A DNA stretch of 64,000 nucleotides from Escherichia coli O127:H6 str. E2348/69. GTDB lineage: Bacteria > Pseudomonadota > Gammaproteobacteria > Enterobacterales > Enterobacteriaceae. Shown here piece by piece: positions 59,634 to 64,000 of the stretch (positions within the stretch are counted from its first letter, which is position 1; every line of letters begins with the position of its first letter). The stretch lies in the NCBI RefSeq assembly GCF_000026545.1, contig NC_011601.1; one strand, written 5' to 3'. Both the position numbers and the translations under genes were made by a program. The notes under the pieces were generated by a model, which saw nothing but the letters and a program-made list of their open reading frames with translations, did no database searches and was not told where the DNA came from.

Positions 59634-60794
59634 ATGACGCGTAAACAGGCCACCATCGCAGTGCGTAGCGGGTTAAATGACGACGAACAGTATGGTTGCG
59701 TTGTCCCTCCCATCCATCTTTCCAGTACCTATAACTTTACCGGATTTAATGAACCGCGCGCGCATGATTACTCGCGGCGCGGCAACCCAACGCGCGATGT
59801 GGTTCAGCGAGCGCTGGCAGAACTGGAAGGCGGTGCTGGTGCAGTACTTACTAATACCGGCATGTCCGCGATTCACCTGGTAACGACCGTCTTTTTGAAA
59901 CCTGGCGATCTGCTGGTTGCGCCGCACGACTGCTACGGCGGTAGCTATCGCCTGTTCGACAGCCTGGCGAAACGCGGTTGCTATCGCGTGTTGTTTGTTG
60001 ATCAAAGCGATGAACAGGCATTACGGGCAGCGCTGGCAGAAAACCCCAAACTGGTACTGGTAGAAAGCCCAAGTAATCCATTGTTACGCGTCGTGGATAT
60101 TGCGAAAATCTGCCATCTGGCAAGGGAAGTCGGGGCGGTGAGCGTGGTGGATAACACCTTCTTAAGCCCGGCATTACAAAATCCACTGGCATTAGGTGCC
60201 GATCTGGTGTTGCATTCATGCACGAAATATCTGAACGGTCACTCTGACGTGGTGGCAGGCGTAGTGATTGCTAAAGACCCGGACGTTGTCACTGAACTTG
60301 CCTGGTGGGCAAACAATATTGGCGTGACGGGCGGCGCGTTTGACAGCTATCTGCTGCTGCGCGGGTTGCGAACGCTGGTGCCGCGAATGGAGCTGGCACA
60401 GCGCAACGCGCAGGCGATTGTGAAATATCTGCAAACCCAGCCGTTGGTGAAAAAACTGTATCACCCGTCGCTGCCGGAAAATCAGGGGCATGAAATTGCC
60501 GCGCGCCAGCAAAAAGGCTTTGGCGCAATGTTGAGTTTTGAACTGGATGGCGATGAGCAGACGCTGCGTCGTTTCCTGGGCGGGCTGTCGTTGTTTACGC
60601 TGGCGGAATCATTAGGGGGAGTGGAAAGTTTAATCTCTCACGCCGCAACCATGACACATGCAGGCATGGCGCCAGAAGCGCGTGCTGCCGCCGGGATCTC
60701 CGAGACGCTGCTGCGTATCTCCACCGGTATTGAAGATGGCGAAGATTTAATTGCCGACCTGGAAAATGGCTTCCGGGCTGCAAACAAGGGGTAA
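59634..60794 (+). CDS. metB: Cystathionine gamma-synthase
   Basis: The 386-aa form starts at MTRKQATIAVRSGLNDDEQYG. The PLP-lysine region CTKYLNGHSD is present. It matches K-12 MetB. Confidence 0.97.
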   Translation: MTRKQATIAVRSGLNDDEQYGCVVPPIHLSSTYNFTGFNEPRAHDYSRRGNPTRDVVQRALAELEGGAGAVLTNTGMSAIHLVTTVFLKPGDLLVAPHDCYGGSYRLFDSLAKRGCYRVLFVDQSDEQALRAALAENPKLVLVESPSNPLLRVVDIAKICHLAREVGAVSVVDNTFLSPALQNPLALGADLVLHSCTKYLNGHSDVVAGVVIAKDPDVVTELAWWANNIGVTGGAFDSYLLLRGLRTLVPRMELAQRNAQAIVKYLQTQPLVKKLYHPSLPENQGHEIAARQQKGFGAMLSFELDGDEQTLRRFLGGLSLFTLAESLGGVESLISHAATMTHAGMAPEARAAAGISETLLRISTGIEDGEDLIADLENGFRAANKG

Positions 60795-60796
60795 AA

Positions 60797-63229
60797 ATGA
60801 GTGTGATTGCGCAGGCAGGGGCGAAAGGTCGTCAACTGCATAAATTTGGTGGCAGTAGTCTGGCTGATGTGAAGTGTTATTTGCGTGTCGCGGGCATTAT
60901 GGCGGAGTACTCTCAGCCTGACGATATGATGGTGGTTTCCGCCGCCGGTAGCACCACTAACCAGTTGATTAACTGGTTGAAACTAAGCCAGACCGATCGT
61001 CTCTCTGCGCATCAGGTTCAACAAACATTACGTCGTTATCAGTGCGATCTGATTAGCGGCCTGCTACCCGCCGAAGAAGCCGATAACCTCATTAGCGCTT
61101 TTGTCAGCGATCTTGAGCGCCTGGCGGCGTTGCTCGACAGCGGTATTAACGATGCGGTGTATGCGGAAGTGGTGGGCCACGGTGAAGTGTGGTCGGCGCG
61201 CCTGATGTCTGCGGTGCTTAATCAACAAGGGCTGCCATCGGCCTGGCTTGATGCCCGCGAGTTTTTACGCGCTGAACGCGCTGCGCAACCGCAGGTTGAT
61301 GAAGGGCTTTCGTACCCGTTGCTGCAACAGCTACTGGTACAACATCCGGGCAAACGTCTGGTGGTGACCGGGTTTATCAGCCGTAACAACGCCGGTGAAA
61401 CGGTGCTGCTTGGGCGTAACGGTTCCGACTATTCCGCGACACAAATCGGTGCGCTGGCGGGTGTTTCTCGCGTAACCATCTGGAGTGACGTCGCCGGGGT
61501 ATATAGCGCCGACCCGCGTAAAGTGAAAGATGCCTGCCTGCTGCCGTTGCTGCGTCTGGATGAAGCCAGCGAACTGGCGCGTCTGGCGGCTCCCGTTCTT
61601 CATGCCCGTACTTTACAGCCCGTTTCTGGCAGCGAAATCGACCTGCAACTGCGCTGTAGCTACACGCCGGATCAAGGTTCCACGCGCATTGAACGCGTGC
61701 TGGCCTCCGGTACTGGTGCGCGTATTGTCACCAGCCATGATGATGTCTGCTTGATTGAGTTTCAGGTGCCCGCCAGCCAGGATTTCAAACTGGCGCATAA
61801 AGAGATCGACCAGATCCTGAAACGTGCTCAGGTGCGCCCACTGGCGGTTGGCGTGCATAACGATCGCCAGTTGCTGCAATTTTGCTACACCTCAGAAGTG
61901 GCCGACAGTGCGCTGAAAATCCTCGACGAAGCGGGATTACCTGGCGAACTGCGCCTGCGTCAGGGGCTGGCGCTGGTGGCGATGGTTGGGGCGGGCGTCA
62001 CCCGTAACCCGCTGCATTGCCACCGCTTCTGGCAGCAACTGAAAGGCCAGCCGGTCGAGTTTACCTGGCAGTCTGATGATGGCATCAGCCTGGTGGCAGT
62101 ACTGCGCACCGGCCCGACCGAAAGCCTGATTCAGGGGCTGCATCAGTCCGTCTTCCGCGCGGAAAAACGCATCGGCCTGGTATTGTTCGGTAAGGGCAAT
62201 ATCGGTTCCCGCTGGCTGGAACTGTTCGCCCGTGAGCAGAGTACGCTTTCGGCACGTACCGGCTTTGAATTTGTGCTGGCAGGCGTGGTGGACAGCCGCC
62301 GCAGCCTGTTGAGCTATGACGGGCTGGACGCCAGCCGCGCGTTAGCCTTCTTCAACGATGAAGCGGTCGAGCAGGATGAAGAGTCGCTGTTCCTGTGGAT
62401 GCGCGCCCACCCGTATGATGATTTAGTGGTGCTGGACGTTACCGCCAGCCAGCAGCTCGCTGACCAGTATCTTGATTTCGCCAGCCACGGTTTCCACGTC
62501 ATCAGTGCCAACAAACTGGCAGGAGCGAGCGACAGCAATAAATATCGCCAGATCCACGACGCCTTCGAAAAAACCGGGCGTCACTGGCTGTACAATGCCA
62601 CTGTCGGTGCGGGTTTGCCGATCAACCATACCGTGCGCGATCTGATCGACAGCGGCGATACCATTTTGTCGATCAGTGGGATCTTCTCTGGCACGCTCTC
62701 CTGGCTGTTCCTGCAATTCGACGGTAGCGTGCCGTTTACCGAACTGGTGGATCAGGCGTGGCAGCAGGGCTTAACCGAGCCTGACCCGCGTGATGACCTT
62801 TCCGGCAAAGACGTGATGCGCAAGCTGGTGATTCTGGCGCGTGAAGCGGGTTACAACATTGAACCGGACCAGGTACGTGTTGAATCACTGGTACCTGCCC
62901 ATTGCGAAGGCGGCAGCATCGACCATTTCTTTGAAAATGGCGATGAACTTAACGAGCAGATGGTGCAACGACTGGAAGCGGCCCGCGAAATGGGGCTGGT
63001 GCTGCGCTACGTGGCGCGTTTCGATGCCAATGGCAAAGCGCGTGTGGGCGTGGAAGCGGTGCGTGAAGACCATCCGCTGGCATCACTACTGCCATGCGAT
63101 AACGTCTTTGCCATCGAAAGCCGCTGGTATCGCGACAACCCGCTGGTGATCCGCGGGCCAGGTGCAGGGCGCGACGTCACCGCCGGGGCGATTCAGTCGG
63201 ATATCAACCGGCTGGCGCAGTTGTTGTAG
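60797..63229 (+). CDS. metL: Bifunctional aspartokinase II / homoserine dehydrogenase II
   Basis: The 810-aa protein matches K-12 MetL and starts 2 nt after the metB stop. Confidence 0.97.
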   Translation: MSVIAQAGAKGRQLHKFGGSSLADVKCYLRVAGIMAEYSQPDDMMVVSAAGSTTNQLINWLKLSQTDRLSAHQVQQTLRRYQCDLISGLLPAEEADNLISAFVSDLERLAALLDSGINDAVYAEVVGHGEVWSARLMSAVLNQQGLPSAWLDAREFLRAERAAQPQVDEGLSYPLLQQLLVQHPGKRLVVTGFISRNNAGETVLLGRNGSDYSATQIGALAGVSRVTIWSDVAGVYSADPRKVKDACLLPLLRLDEASELARLAAPVLHARTLQPVSGSEIDLQLRCSYTPDQGSTRIERVLASGTGARIVTSHDDVCLIEFQVPASQDFKLAHKEIDQILKRAQVRPLAVGVHNDRQLLQFCYTSEVADSALKILDEAGLPGELRLRQGLALVAMVGAGVTRNPLHCHRFWQQLKGQPVEFTWQSDDGISLVAVLRTGPTESLIQGLHQSVFRAEKRIGLVLFGKGNIGSRWLELFAREQSTLSARTGFEFVLAGVVDSRRSLLSYDGLDASRALAFFNDEAVEQDEESLFLWMRAHPYDDLVVLDVTASQQLADQYLDFASHGFHVISANKLAGASDSNKYRQIHDAFEKTGRHWLYNATVGAGLPINHTVRDLIDSGDTILSISGIFSGTLSWLFLQFDGSVPFTELVDQAWQQGLTEPDPRDDLSGKDVMRKLVILAREAGYNIEPDQVRVESLVPAHCEGGSIDHFFENGDELNEQMVQRLEAAREMGLVLRYVARFDANGKARVGVEAVREDHPLASLLPCDNVFAIESRWYRDNPLVIRGPGAGRDVTAGAIQSDINRLAQLL

Positions 63230-63239
63230 TGATTATTGA

Positions 63240-63269
63240 ACAAAAGCTGGCAGTTGCCAGCTTTTGTTG
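63240..63269 (+). terminator. metL Rho-independent terminator
   Basis: The stem pairs ACAAAAGCTGGCA with TGCCAGCTTTTGT around the loop GT. It is a perfect 13-bp stem ending in a T-rich tract. Confidence 0.8.
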
Positions 63270-63446
63270 TCACCCCTAAACCTCTTCCTGGGGAAGTGGT
63301 GATTGATTGTCATTTTGCCTTTGGTCAGTGCCCCCGGTAATAAGGGGGCTTTTGTGTTGAGCGATGAAGTAACAGAGTGAATGGTGAAGTTATTAATGAC
63401 AATTACAAAATGACATTAAGTAACAATATCTAAAATGTCACCTAAT

Positions 63447-64000
63447 TTAAAATTGATAACCAATAGTAGTATAGGTTCCCCATCCTGTATTTTTTAATTC
63501 AAATGGACCATCTCCGAAGTTAACCTTCTCTCCCGCATTCCATTGTCCACCGTTGTGAAAATAACGTAGTGTAAATGCAAATTTCCAGTGTTCATATAGA
63601 AGGGAAAGGATATGGCTTGAAGCAATAGCATTACTGGTTCGTTTATTATTGTGTGACTTGTCCGCAAGATCGGAGCCAAAATCAAAGTTAGTAAAACTAT
63701 TGTATACCAATCGTCCTCCGAATAAATTTGTAAGAGGGATGCTATATTTTATTTTGAATCGATATCCGTCCCATTCATTTTCATTAGCGGCACCATAGTT
63801 TTGCCACTGATACTTGGCGTATATATTGGCAGAAAGCTTAATTGGTAGACCCGTGTCGATATCTGTACCAAGCCCCATATACCATGTACTTTGCCGGGAT
63901 GACTGGTTGTCACCCATATCATAGACATAGTTGTTTGCAATGAACCATTCTTTAAATGGGCCGAACGCAAGATTTAATCCGGTCAATTTGTCAATGGAAA
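63447..64000 (-). CDS. Tsx-family nucleoside-specific outer-membrane channel paralog (N-terminus beyond the window edge)
   Basis: The C-terminal 180+ aa align closely to recalled E. coli Tsx: [18 protein letters not shown]...[18 protein letters not shown]...[26 protein letters not shown]...IGYQF. The reading frame is still open at position 64000. The gene is convergent with metL, where K-12 has the metF promoter. Confidence 0.85.
   Translation of the reverse strand, partial: SIDKLTGLNLAFGPFKEWFIANNYVYDMGDNQSSRQSTWYMGLGTDIDTGLPIKLSANIYAKYQWQNYGAANENEWDGYRFKIKYSIPLTNLFGGRLVYNSFTNFDFGSDLADKSHNNKRTSNAIASSHILSLLYEHWKFAFTLRYFHNGGQWNAGEKVNFGDGPFELKNTGWGTYTTIGYQF

Noticed and set aside
63400-63446. 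Short AATGACA(A/T)T direct repeats and an inverted AATGTCA lie downstream of the Tsx-paralog stop. They could be an operator.
   Set aside because: They lie 3' of both convergent genes in very AT-rich DNA, where such short repeats arise by chance. No known motif is matched.

Overview
The window is an Escherichia coli-type chromosomal segment, collinear with the K-12 region from yihX to metL. The order is yihX-yihY-dtd-yiiD, yiiE, fdhE-fdoIHG / fdhD, frvRXBA, rhaMDAB / rhaSR / rhaT, sodA, kdgT, yiiM, cpxAR / cpxP, fieF, pfkA, sbp, cdh, tpiA, yiiQRS, uspD, fpr, glpXKF, zapB, rraA, menA, hslUV, ftsN, cytR, priA, rpmE, yiiX, metJ / metBL. About 55 core genes were identified by recalled identity to K-12 proteins, by protein length and by synteny. 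I ran no database searches. ORF-track starts were trimmed where the K-12 start is known.

The two fdoG ORFs are a single gene with an in-frame TGA selenocysteine codon followed by a SECIS hairpin. I found no tRNA, rRNA, CRISPR array, IS element or integrase. Four REP/BIME clusters and several Rho-independent terminators are visible.

Five strain-specific insertions lie at intergenic junctions, and none carries mobility genes:
1. An aldose-1-epimerase-like gene upstream of yihX.
2. An HSL-family esterase plus a HigB2/HigA2-like toxin-antitoxin pair between yiiD and yiiE.
3. A two-gene cassette (13641-17784) where K-12 has yiiG. It encodes a complete, apparently catalytically intact Hsp90/HtpG paralog, translationally coupled to a 768-aa helical-repeat (TPR-like) protein with a Cys cluster and an unassignable C-terminal domain. 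An AT-rich leader precedes it.
4. A ScrY/BglH/RafY-like glycoporin between frvA and rhaM.
5. A Tsx paralog after metL, truncated by the window edge.

The Hsp90-paralog/TPR-like pair is my best candidate for an undescribed system, either a dedicated chaperone-adaptor module or an anti-phage/conflict system.

Secondary observations:
- A conserved 21-bp box is present three times, with GG-N10-GC spacing as in sigma54 promoters.
- A perfect palindrome lies upstream of higB.
- FtsN carries an in-frame 25-aa deletion in its Gln-rich linker relative to K-12.
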